Assembly (NCBI GenBank): GCA_965247085.1
Contig: OZ251999.1
Location: forward strand, 4,608,859-4,672,858
Source of the DNA: Ferruginibacter sp.
GTDB taxonomy: Bacteria > Bacteroidota > Bacteroidia > Chitinophagales > Chitinophagaceae
DNA: 64,000 nucleotides
Reading direction: 5' to 3'
The position numbers and the translations under genes were made by a program. The notes beneath the pieces were generated by a model. It made no database searches, had not been told where the DNA came from, and worked only from the letters and a program-made list of their open reading frames with translations. The number at the start of each line of letters is the position of its first letter. The stretch's first letter is position 1. This document shows positions 45,054-53,981 of the stretch, one piece after another.

Positions 45054-46163
45054 ATGAAAAAAACAATTGCCTTTTTAACAGTAGCTATAATTATTTCACA
45101 GCTAATATTTTCACAAACTATTGTTGTGGTGAATAAAGATTATAATCATCGTGATAAGTACGAAGCTGTATTACTTAATGCTGATGGAAAAGTATTAAGA
45201 ACAATGAATAAAATTAATAACGAGGATGTATCCAGTTTTTCAGAAGGTGTTTGGATATGTCGCGTTTCCAAAGATGAAAAGGATAATTTCTTTTTTTACT
45301 CTAATTTTTTAAATGAAAAAGGGGAAAAATTACTTGCCAACGATATTAAGGGGTTTGCATGGGGGTTTTCGGATGGCTGGTGTTTAATTACACATAAAGC
45401 TGATGATGGTTCGGAAACCTTTTATTATGCAGATAAAACAGGAAAGGAAGTTTTTAAACCAATCCCGAATGAATTGGGCAGTTTTTATAAGGGTGTAACC
45501 TGGAAAAAAGGACAACCCGGAACCGATGAAGAATATTTATATGGACTGATCAATAAAAAGGGTGACTGGATTTTAAAACCCACTTATTTTGAAATTAAGG
45601 ATTTTGAAAATGGAATGGCGCAGGTGATGACAGCCATGTCGTCAGCAGACCGTAGTTCATCTCAACAATATGCGTATATAGATACAAAAGGCAATGTTGT
45701 AAACCCTGTTCATTTTTCAAAAAAGCATGATAGATATGGCAGCTTTAGCGAAGGTGTCTGTATGGCAGGTACAAAAGTGGAAGTCAATTCGTTTAAAGAA
45801 AAAATTGAATTCACAGCTATTGACAGTACTGGAAAAGAGCTGTTTGCCAAAAAGTTTTATTCGTCTGAAATAGGAGAGCGCATACAACTGAAAAATATGG
45901 TTTTCAAGAATGGGTTATGCCCTACCTCAGATGGATATATTAATGCAAAAGGCGAAGTGGTCATTCAGTTTCCCGGGCAAATTATAGCAGATGCAACTTC
46001 ATTTGATAATGGATTGGCAAGTTTTAAAATGATACCCAAAAATGGCGATGGATTTAGTTTTAAATACACTGTGATCAACACAAAAGGAAAAATCATCTGG
46101 CAATCTGTGGAAAATAAATTATCAGATAAGTTTGAAATTAATAATCAGTATTTCGCAAACTAA
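45054..46163 (+). CDS. WG-repeat (KWG-like) secreted protein
   Basis: Signal peptide. Repeated G(L/Y)I(N/D).KG..V(I/L).P.(Y/F) units include YGLINKKGDWILKPTYFEIKDFENGMAQV, AYIDTKGNVVNPV and GYINAKGEVVIQF. Confidence 0.65.
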   Translation: MKKTIAFLTVAIIISQLIFSQTIVVVNKDYNHRDKYEAVLLNADGKVLRTMNKINNEDVSSFSEGVWICRVSKDEKDNFFFYSNFLNEKGEKLLANDIKGFAWGFSDGWCLITHKADDGSETFYYADKTGKEVFKPIPNELGSFYKGVTWKKGQPGTDEEYLYGLINKKGDWILKPTYFEIKDFENGMAQVMTAMSSADRSSSQQYAYIDTKGNVVNPVHFSKKHDRYGSFSEGVCMAGTKVEVNSFKEKIEFTAIDSTGKELFAKKFYSSEIGERIQLKNMVFKNGLCPTSDGYINAKGEVVIQFPGQIIADATSFDNGLASFKMIPKNGDGFSFKYTVINTKGKIIWQSVENKLSDKFEINNQYFAN

Positions 46164-46208
46164 AAGAATATTAAAATCAAAAAACCACTATTCATTTAAA
46201 ACTTTAAC

Positions 46209-46892
46209 GTGAAGAAAATCGCACTTATCTGCCCGTTTCTGCTAATAGCTATGTTTGCCAAAGCACAATCATCCACTTATGTGCCTTATGGTAAAACAAG
46301 GTTATATTCTCATGGCCTGTACGGTGGAATAACGCTGCCAAAGTACAAATATGGCCCGGTTATACATGATGTATACCAGGGTTTTAAACTGGGATATCAA
46401 TATAATTTATTCAGTGATGAAAAAGAGAGCAGAGGTCATGGGTATATTATTTCTTTAGCGTATATGCAAAAGGGAGCTAATAATAAACAGCCGGCAATCG
46501 GCAATGCAGTGGAAAGTAAAAACAGGTTAAATGCGTTGCAATTTGAACTGGCGCAAGCATTGGGGTTGAATAAAAATCATAAAACTGTCTTAATTAGTTT
46601 GTATGGGGGCATTTATGGTTCGTATTTTATTAACGGACAAAGTGATGTTTCTTATGTAAACGGAACTTCCATTTCCACAGCCTTTAAAATAGGTACTAAA
46701 ACCACCGATGATTTTAAACCATTTGATTTTGGGTTAAGATTTGGTTTACAAGTTGATATTAAAAAGATGTTTATAAGAACGGCTTATGAATTTGGACTTG
46801 TTGATTTAAACCCCGCCGGATCTGCCAATAGAATCAAATCAAGAGGAATTGAACTTTTAGCCGGAATTAATTTAAGTAAGGCCAAACATTAA
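46209..46892 (+). CDS. Small outer-membrane beta-barrel protein, paralog 3 (GTG start)
   Basis: Signal peptide ending AKAQ, shared block LAYMQKGANNKQPAIGNAVESKNRLNAL, and the FKIGTKTTDDFKPFDFGL block in common with paralog 1. Confidence 0.65.
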   Translation: MKKIALICPFLLIAMFAKAQSSTYVPYGKTRLYSHGLYGGITLPKYKYGPVIHDVYQGFKLGYQYNLFSDEKESRGHGYIISLAYMQKGANNKQPAIGNAVESKNRLNALQFELAQALGLNKNHKTVLISLYGGIYGSYFINGQSDVSYVNGTSISTAFKIGTKTTDDFKPFDFGLRFGLQVDIKKMFIRTAYEFGLVDLNPAGSANRIKSRGIELLAGINLSKAKH

Positions 46893-46973
46893 AGCCGGTA
46901 TCAAATGACAAATATTTAATCCTCCAATGCAGGCGGATAAAGTATCACGAAAAATAAAAACTAAAAAATAAGT

Positions 46974-47489
46974 ATGAAAAAAATAGCGGCAATAATAACG
47001 ATAATCGCATGCAGCATTTCAGTAAAAGCTCAGACTGCTGCTCAGGCTGCAAGTAGTTTTAAACTGCTGCTGACAGAAGCAGTGTCTGATTTTAAAAACG
47101 TAAAAGACACCATACTTGAGGAGGATCCCGGGAGAAAAACTGCTTATTATAGTTGTACTAAAACATTGGGCTCTTCATTTGAAGCAATTTGTATCAACTC
47201 CGGAGATAACACAACTTATTTTATTTCAAAATTTGAATTTGTAAAAACAGCTGAATTAATTAAGGCCAATGAGATACTGCCGGCGATTTTGGGTGAGGTA
47301 AATGCCATGGTAAAATCCGGAAAGTACAAAGGAAGAGATTATAAAAAAGAAGGGAATATTGACATAACGGAGTTAAAGGATTTAAATGGCAATTATATTG
47401 TTGAAATAGAATCCAGAAATGAAGCTGTCAGCAGCGACAAAAATTACATGGCTATTATCATTTATGGTAAGAGCTGGGGAACCAAATGA
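46974..47489 (+). CDS. Secreted hypothetical protein resembling the N-terminal module of 41569..43626
   Basis: Signal peptide ending VKAQ. It has a 4-nt ATGA overlap with the next gene. FKLLLTEAVSDFKNVKD parallels VYAILMDAPNNFTNFRG in the long-form protein. Confidence 0.5.
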   Translation: MKKIAAIITIIACSISVKAQTAAQAASSFKLLLTEAVSDFKNVKDTILEEDPGRKTAYYSCTKTLGSSFEAICINSGDNTTYFISKFEFVKTAELIKANEILPAILGEVNAMVKSGKYKGRDYKKEGNIDITELKDLNGNYIVEIESRNEAVSSDKNYMAIIIYGKSWGTK

Positions 47490-49051
47490 TTAATAATTTA
47501 ATTAAACCGGATATGAAAAAATTTGCATTTTTTATTACAGCAGGTATTTTAAGTCAATACCTCTTTGCTGTTCCAGAATTTAAAGCAGCTCCACCAATAA
47601 AGCCTGACAGTAAGATATCGTTTAATAAAAACTTTCTTTATTATACCAGTCTTATTAATACCAGCGATTTGGGGTTTGACTGGATTTTTGACACTAAAAA
47701 TCCTGATTCGCTGGAAATTGAAATTCTTTACCGGTATGACAAAGGGCCACTTTCGAAAAGGCTTATTGAATTGAAGAAAAATTACGGGGTATCAAATATT
47801 ATTGCAATTGATGGAGTATCTACTGCAAAAATGAGCAGAGAACAGGCCATCAATTTATTGAAAGGAAATGCAGGCAGCACCTGTACGCTGGTATTTAATC
47901 ATTTTGCCAAACCAGTTTACGGAGCTGTAATTGGAGCAAACAGTATATACAACTATGAAACAATACAGGTAACGAGAGAAGCACAACCAAATTTAGAAAA
48001 AAAGCTGTTGCATGACAAAGGAATGGAGGAGCTAAAGGATGGAAATATTGAACAGGCTATTTATTTCTTTAAGCCAAATGCAACAGTTGGCTGGGGTTAT
48101 TATGACGAATCATTACTAATGATGCTGAAACTATTCAGCGGCGATATCTTAAATGACCTTGATTTTTCCGGTAAGGATGGTGCGATAATAAAGAAAAAAT
48201 TTCAATCCTACAGTAATATAGATTCTCTGAAAAAATACAATATGTATACTTTGTTTGGCAGGGGATATCCCAGGATTACTGCTTTACTATCAAAGTATAC
48301 AAAAGAGCTATCTTCTCCGGTGGCGTATAAAAATTTACAGCTTCCCGAACCTGATTATATGATGTTGGCAGGTGCTGCCTATGCCGGAGATGTTGAAGCT
48401 CAGGAAAAAATGGTAGACTTTCATACCCTTACTAATAATGATATAATATACCTGTTGCCGGATAAAGAACAGGCGACTTATTGGTTTAAAAGAGCGGTGT
48501 TGGGCGGATCGGGAAAGGAAGTGGATATGAAAGAAAAAATCAGTAAGAGTAATTTTAGCTATGACAGTACCAATAGTAAATTTATTGAGCTCTTTTCTTT
48601 TAAAGAGTTACAATCAATGATGGCAGTAGCTCACATGTATCCGGATTTAAATAAAATTTTCACCAAAAATATGTGCCCTTTCGCAATCAGGGGCTTTGAA
48701 GCTGCTAAAGGTACCGGACAGGATTCACTTGCGATGGGTTACGAATGGCAAACGCATGTTATTAAAAATAAAAATGCCGCTACCCAGGTATACAATAGTA
48801 TTTACTTAAAATTCATGAAAGAGTTTTCCGCAAACACTTTTCCGGATATAAAATGGTATGTTATTCCGGATAATTATTTTAAGAGTTTCTCCTATCCTGC
48901 TTTGTATTCCCCGGATCTGCAGCTGGCAAATGTTATGGCTGATTTCACTGTAAAGGAAAAAGACGGACAATTATATAAAATGAGAATGCTGCTTATTATT
49001 TGGGATCGAAAAAGCGGGTATCAAATAGCAGTAAGATACATGAAAGGTTAA
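47486..49051 (+). CDS. PDZ-like / Sel1-like protein, short form
   Basis: NTSDLGFDWIFDTKNPDSLEIEI, IIAIDGVSTAKMSREQAINLLKGNAGSTCTLVF, DKEQATYWFKRAVLGGS and VAHMYPDLNKIF..MCPFAIRGFE are all colinear with 41569..43626. The start may be MKKFAFFITAG at 47513. Confidence 0.65.
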   Translation: MINNLIKPDMKKFAFFITAGILSQYLFAVPEFKAAPPIKPDSKISFNKNFLYYTSLINTSDLGFDWIFDTKNPDSLEIEILYRYDKGPLSKRLIELKKNYGVSNIIAIDGVSTAKMSREQAINLLKGNAGSTCTLVFNHFAKPVYGAVIGANSIYNYETIQVTREAQPNLEKKLLHDKGMEELKDGNIEQAIYFFKPNATVGWGYYDESLLMMLKLFSGDILNDLDFSGKDGAIIKKKFQSYSNIDSLKKYNMYTLFGRGYPRITALLSKYTKELSSPVAYKNLQLPEPDYMMLAGAAYAGDVEAQEKMVDFHTLTNNDIIYLLPDKEQATYWFKRAVLGGSGKEVDMKEKISKSNFSYDSTNSKFIELFSFKELQSMMAVAHMYPDLNKIFTKNMCPFAIRGFEAAKGTGQDSLAMGYEWQTHVIKNKNAATQVYNSIYLKFMKEFSANTFPDIKWYVIPDNYFKSFSYPALYSPDLQLANVMADFTVKEKDGQLYKMRMLLIIWDRKSGYQIAVRYMKG

Positions 49052-49098
49052 TGCGCTCATATTTTACTGCACATTAAAAGCAGCCACTAAAATAAAAA

Positions 49099-49449
49099 AT
49101 GATGACAACACTGTATGTAAGAACAATTTTATTGATGGGTATGATTTTGTGGTTAAGTTTTGGGTATACACAGGAGACTAAAGGGGTAAAAATTATACCA
49201 GTAGATTCTCTGAAGAAATACCATATCGGTATTGCAAAAAAAGACAGCAATAAAATACAATTGGCAAAAACCGGTTTTGTGCCATGGAGTAAAATGAGTG
49301 TGGCAGAAAAGGGAGAATATATTGTTAAAACAATCATCAACGACTACAGAGTAAAGTACCCCATTTTATTTTGGCTGCTGGTGGTAATAGTATCGGCATG
49401 GATCTTTAAACAGGTGCTAAAAATAATTGATAAAATAAAAAGTAATTAA
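49099..49449 (+). CDS. Small bitopic membrane protein (hypothetical)
   Basis: 116 aa with hydrophobic N- and C-terminal segments, tightly packed before the TPR gene. Confidence 0.4.
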   Translation: MMTTLYVRTILLMGMILWLSFGYTQETKGVKIIPVDSLKKYHIGIAKKDSNKIQLAKTGFVPWSKMSVAEKGEYIVKTIINDYRVKYPILFWLLVVIVSAWIFKQVLKIIDKIKSN

Positions 49450-49450
49450 A

Positions 49451-50332
49451 ATGACAAAACAATTGGTAGCGATGAAGTTTGTTTTATTGGCTGTTTTCAG
49501 CATATTATTATCGGGTGTTTCGGAGGCACAGGTAACAAAAAAGCCAGTGCCGGCAGTACGCAAAACAGTGACTGTTGAGCAGCTGAAAACACAAATCAAT
49601 AATGCGTATTCAAAGGGAGATTTTGCTAAAACTATTATATTATGTAATCAATTACTGCCCCGAACACCTAACGATACAGACAATACCGTAACTAAGATAT
49701 TGTGTAAAACAAAACTGAAAAAGCATAAAGAGGCCATCGGCGACATAAAAAAATTCTATAAAGAAAATTCGGCCGAATTTCTGGCATTATTTCCCGCAGA
49801 TATATACGCTGCCGAATTTAATGAACGCATGTCTTTTGATGAAAGAGAACAATATTATGCAGCATCTATACAACTAAGCCCGGGAAATGCACGAGTATAT
49901 TTTAAGCAAGCCTACGATTATGCTGATGATGACAATTGTATAAAGGCAATTGAACTAGCTCAAAAAGGATATTCATTAATAACGGATGAAACTGTTTCTT
50001 ATACCAGGTCTTATATTTATATGCAAAAAATATGTGGCAACAGAGATACTGCATGGGCTGTGTTAAATGCCTATGCGAATAAATATCCCGACGATTTAAA
50101 TGCCAAGGCAATGAAAGCAACTTTTTTAACGGAGGATAAAAAATTTACAGAGGCTTTGACTTTCATAAATGAAGTTATTGCAGCAAAGCCAGAGAATAAA
50201 GATTTTTATATGGCAAGAGCCGGCATTTATTTTAAAATGGATGATAAGGTTGCAGCTTGTAAAGAAGCGAAATTTATTAAGGATAAATTCAATGATGACA
50301 GAGGGCTGGCAGAGTTTAATTGTACAGAATAG
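49451..50332 (+). CDS. TPR-repeat secreted protein
   Basis: Signal peptide ending SEAQ, followed by several ~34-aa A/Y/L-patterned helical repeats (e.g. ARVYFKQAYDYADDDNCIKAIELAQKG). Confidence 0.6.
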   Translation: MTKQLVAMKFVLLAVFSILLSGVSEAQVTKKPVPAVRKTVTVEQLKTQINNAYSKGDFAKTIILCNQLLPRTPNDTDNTVTKILCKTKLKKHKEAIGDIKKFYKENSAEFLALFPADIYAAEFNERMSFDEREQYYAASIQLSPGNARVYFKQAYDYADDDNCIKAIELAQKGYSLITDETVSYTRSYIYMQKICGNRDTAWAVLNAYANKYPDDLNAKAMKATFLTEDKKFTEALTFINEVIAAKPENKDFYMARAGIYFKMDDKVAACKEAKFIKDKFNDDRGLAEFNCTE

Positions 50333-50405
50333 TATTTTAAATCAGTAATTCAGTATGGAATAGATAGGTATAGCTATTTGCGTACATACTCTAACTATTT
50401 TTTGC

Positions 50406-51461
50406 GTGCTGCAGGTAAAACCACAATTTATGCGCCATGTATCTCTATTTGTTATTGGCTTATTGTTACAGTTATTAGCAGTAAGTAATGCAGCTATGCC
50501 CGGAATTTGGCAAACAGGTTTTGGAGGCCGTTTTTTACCATTAATTGCTGCAGACAGTAATAATTACGGAAAAATTCAAATGCAGTCTGAACAGGTGTTG
50601 ATAGATCTGTATAATGGCTTTAGTGTGGTAAAGGGTACGTATTATATGTATAATGCGCAGGATACTGCTGTGGAAATGTTCACCGGCTATCCGCAGCATG
50701 GCGATTACAATCAGGATATAGTCAGGAATATCATCATTGGTGATGCTCCTTTTAATTTGAAAGTGCTGGTTAATGGTGCAGCAGTTGCCTGTGCTGCTTA
50801 TAATGATAGTGCAATGTCTGCCAATAGTTTGAGTACCACAACAGTTCCGGTAATACATGGCAGCAGAAATTATCAAACCTGGTTTTTATGGAAAATGAAG
50901 TTTGCCCCCAAAAAAATTACCACCATCACAGTATATTTTTTAACCAATAACAGTAAAGCTAAATTGAGTCATGGGTACAGCAAATCAACCGGCCATGCAT
51001 TTGGTTATGTATTGGAAAGTGGTAAAGCATGGGGTGGAAATATAGATACGGGGAATATTTTTATACGACTGATGGATGGTATTACATTGAAAAATATTGC
51101 AGGCATACTGCCCGATTCAACCATAAAGGCGGCAAACGGAAAACTGGTATATAGTTTCATCAACAAAGATCCTTCACCGGCAGATAATTTATTAATATGG
51201 TATAATAAGGAAATGGATAGTATTGCCTTTCATCTAAATGTGCTGCCCCAAACCAACATTTATTTTGAAACCATTAATAGTTTTCCTGTAAATGATTTTG
51301 CAAACAGTAGTACATGGAAAACCATTAGCCTGACTGATTTTGAGCCAAAAGATAGCGGGATGGGTACATTTTTTATTGCTGTATTAGTTGGAGGGGTATT
51401 ACTGGCAGGCCTTGTAATCTGGCTTTTGGTAAAAGTTGTAATGCGGGGCTTTAAAAAATAA
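50406..51461 (+). CDS. Hypothetical exported protein with C-terminal TM anchor
   Basis: The N-terminal hydrophobic segment is VSLFVIGLLLQLLAVSNA and the C-terminal TM is FFIAVLVGGVLLAGLVIWLLV. The start is uncertain (GTG at 50406 or ATG at 50430). Confidence 0.5.
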   Translation: MLQVKPQFMRHVSLFVIGLLLQLLAVSNAAMPGIWQTGFGGRFLPLIAADSNNYGKIQMQSEQVLIDLYNGFSVVKGTYYMYNAQDTAVEMFTGYPQHGDYNQDIVRNIIIGDAPFNLKVLVNGAAVACAAYNDSAMSANSLSTTTVPVIHGSRNYQTWFLWKMKFAPKKITTITVYFLTNNSKAKLSHGYSKSTGHAFGYVLESGKAWGGNIDTGNIFIRLMDGITLKNIAGILPDSTIKAANGKLVYSFINKDPSPADNLLIWYNKEMDSIAFHLNVLPQTNIYFETINSFPVNDFANSSTWKTISLTDFEPKDSGMGTFFIAVLVGGVLLAGLVIWLLVKVVMRGFKK

Positions 51462-51538
51462 TATAGTAACTGATATAACAATATCCCTCCGGCATTATAC
51501 AAATAACCAGCTACAAATAGATCGTATTACGCTGAATT

Positions 51539-53209
51539 TTACAGCGGCACTCTTACAATAGCAGTAGTACCTTCATCTTCTGTAGAATCATATTGGAGGT
51601 TGCCATCCAGCAGCTGCACCCTGCTTTTTAAATTACTGATGCCGATACCGTTCTTCTTTTCTTCTGTCATGCCTTTACCATTGTCTTCCACCACCAGTAA
51701 AATATGATTGTTCATTCTGCGCAGCTGTACCAGCACTTCGGTGGCCTGGCTGTGTTTAATAATATTATGCACCAGCTCCTGGAAAATGCGGTATAAAGTA
51801 ATTTCAATTTTGTTGGCCATTCTTTCATCGGGCAGAGTTGAATGTACTTCGTACTGAATACCGGAAGGTGCTAAAATTTTCTGACAAATGTCTTCAATGG
51901 CTAATTTTAAACCATATTCCTTCAATGTTTGCGGCATCAGTTCATGCGATATATTCCTGATGTCGAGGCTGATCCGGGTTAACTCGGCAATTAACCCTGC
52001 ATCGGCATTTTGCTGATGCATAGCCAGCTTTATACCAACAATTTCCTGCGCAATACCATCGTGCAGTTCACGGCCAATCCTTGCTTTTTCTTTTTCTTCT
52101 CCTTCAATAAAAGCATCAATGGCTATTTGCTTTTGCTGTGCTTTTTCCTGAGCAATACGTTTATTGTTCCTGTTGTAGAGCCATAGTACTATAAGGGCCG
52201 ATAACAATACCAGTGCGCCAATAAAATAATACAGGCGGTTTTTCTTCTGTTGCTCCAGTGCAATTTGATATTGCAACAGCTGGTTTTTAAATTTTGATTC
52301 AGATTCGGAATAAGCTTTTGTATTTACCTGCACATAATCATCGGCCAGTAAATTGTAAGCAGAGTCGATGTATTTATAGGCGTCTTTAAAATTACCCATA
52401 TTATACAACACTTTTGCATATACGTGCATGGTATGTGTTTGGTCTTTGCTAAGCACATTGCTTCCGGCAGCTATTTGTGCAGCTTCCCGTGCATAAGTAA
52501 GCGCCAGTTCGTGCCGGCCGGTTTCACTCAGCATTTCGGCATAAAAGGTAAGGGCACCCAGGTACGTACCGGGATTGATATTTTTTGAATAGGCAATTAC
52601 TTTTTGATAATAATAATCTGCACTGTCGTATTTTTTTTGAAAATGCAGGCTGGTGGCCATTAAGCGCATGGTGCGTAATCCCTGGTCGCTCCCCAGCGAG
52701 TCCTGCGCCTTCAGCTGGCTGTAAGCAATTCCGAAAAAGGAATCAGCAATAATGAAATTCCTTATCTCTTTCCGGTGTATGTACACATCATCCAGGTAAA
52801 TGGCCCCCAGGTTACTGGCAAGTTTAATAGTTCTTTCATGTTCGTTTTCCTGCATAGCCAGTTGTAGGGCTTCGCGGTAGTTGGCTTCGGCCTTGGCCTT
52901 ATCATCTAAATAATATTGGGCATTGCCCTTGGTATGCAGCGCCCGGATCAATAATTTTTTATTGCCTCCTTTTGTAAGCAGTGCAATGCTTTTGTTGCAA
53001 TAGAAAATACTGGAGTCAAATTCGCCCAGCAGTAGTTTTTTTTGCGCAATAATACAGCACAGCTCAGGGTTTGAAGGGTCTTTCAACAGGGCGCTGTGCA
53101 TTTTTTGTAGGGCAACTGCCGGGTCTGCAATGGTATCGAGTTGCTGGTACTGCTGGCCGGCAGCAGTCATGCGGGTTAATACCAGTATGATCAACAGGCG
53201 GCTTATCAT
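51539..53209 (-). CDS. TPR-domain HisKA_3 sensor histidine kinase
   Basis: N-terminal TPR-like repeats, TM LYYFIGALVLLSALIVLWLY, H-box ARIGRELHDGIAQE, and HATPase motifs HNIIKHS and EDNGKGM. Confidence 0.85.
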   Translation of the reverse strand: MISRLLIILVLTRMTAAGQQYQQLDTIADPAVALQKMHSALLKDPSNPELCCIIAQKKLLLGEFDSSIFYCNKSIALLTKGGNKKLLIRALHTKGNAQYYLDDKAKAEANYREALQLAMQENEHERTIKLASNLGAIYLDDVYIHRKEIRNFIIADSFFGIAYSQLKAQDSLGSDQGLRTMRLMATSLHFQKKYDSADYYYQKVIAYSKNINPGTYLGALTFYAEMLSETGRHELALTYAREAAQIAAGSNVLSKDQTHTMHVYAKVLYNMGNFKDAYKYIDSAYNLLADDYVQVNTKAYSESESKFKNQLLQYQIALEQQKKNRLYYFIGALVLLSALIVLWLYNRNNKRIAQEKAQQKQIAIDAFIEGEEKEKARIGRELHDGIAQEIVGIKLAMHQQNADAGLIAELTRISLDIRNISHELMPQTLKEYGLKLAIEDICQKILAPSGIQYEVHSTLPDERMANKIEITLYRIFQELVHNIIKHSQATEVLVQLRRMNNHILLVVEDNGKGMTEEKKNGIGISNLKSRVQLLDGNLQYDSTEDEGTTAIVRVPL

Positions 53210-53850
53210 ACAAAATAATTTTTAATGGCCACCGCCACCAGTTTGGAAAGGGTGCTTACGCCAAATTTTTGCATGATCTTCTTTTTATGCGTGTCTACCG
53301 TGGCAAAACTTAAATACAGCTGCTGTGCAATTTCCTCGGTGGTGAATCCGTCGCAGTATTTACCCAGTACTTCTTCTTCTCTTTTTGTAAGGGCCTCTTT
53401 TAAATAAAATTCACTGTTAATGCTCACCTTAACGGTGGACGTATTGATATAATTCACAGCATCCGAAATGTACTTATTTTTATTTTCAATGGCGGCAATG
53501 GCTTTGTTTATTTCCAGTGCATCGCAGCTTTTGTGCAGGTAAGCATTGGCGCCCTGCTCCATACTGGTGTCCACATATTTTTTATCAGCTGTCATCGACA
53601 GCATTACCACCGGCATCCTGTACCCGCTGCTTCTTAATTTTTTTAAGGTAGAAATGCCGTCACCCTCCGGCATGTACACATCTAAAAACACCCATGCCGG
53701 TGTTTTTGCATTACAGGCTTTCAGCACTTCTTCTCCATTGGTAAAAATGCGGATGTTGCCATACCCCAGCTGCTGCAGCAGGCTGCTGATGCCCTGTGCC
53801 ACCATAATGTGGTCGTCGGCTATGTATATCAAATCGCTTTTTATCTCCAT
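53206..53850 (-). CDS. NarL/FixJ-family response regulator
   Basis: REC domain (ADDHIMVAQG...FLDVYMPEGDG) plus a LuxR HTH (LTKREEEVLGKYCDGFTTEEIAQQLYLSFATVDTHKKKIMQKF). It has a 4-nt overlap with the kinase. Confidence 0.9.
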   Translation of the reverse strand: MEIKSDLIYIADDHIMVAQGISSLLQQLGYGNIRIFTNGEEVLKACNAKTPAWVFLDVYMPEGDGISTLKKLRSSGYRMPVVMLSMTADKKYVDTSMEQGANAYLHKSCDALEINKAIAAIENKNKYISDAVNYINTSTVKVSINSEFYLKEALTKREEEVLGKYCDGFTTEEIAQQLYLSFATVDTHKKKIMQKFGVSTLSKLVAVAIKNYFV

Positions 53851-53909
53851 GGCGGCAACTGTAAATTAACTATTTAAAACAAAGATGTATAAAAACCGGG
53901 TAATTAAAA

Positions 53910-53927
53910 ATACACTGATTAGTGTAT
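53910..53927. promoter_or_regulatory. Perfect 18-nt palindrome ATACACTGATTAGTGTAT (7-2-7 geometry, different heptamer)
   Basis: ATACAC/GTGTAT arms lie in the divergent region between the regulator (53850) and the ELWxxDGT gene (53982). Confidence 0.35.
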
Positions 53928-53981
53928 AGGAAAGCAGGGCGATAAAGGCAAGATTTGTTGCCAGTTTTAAATATGGGTATT

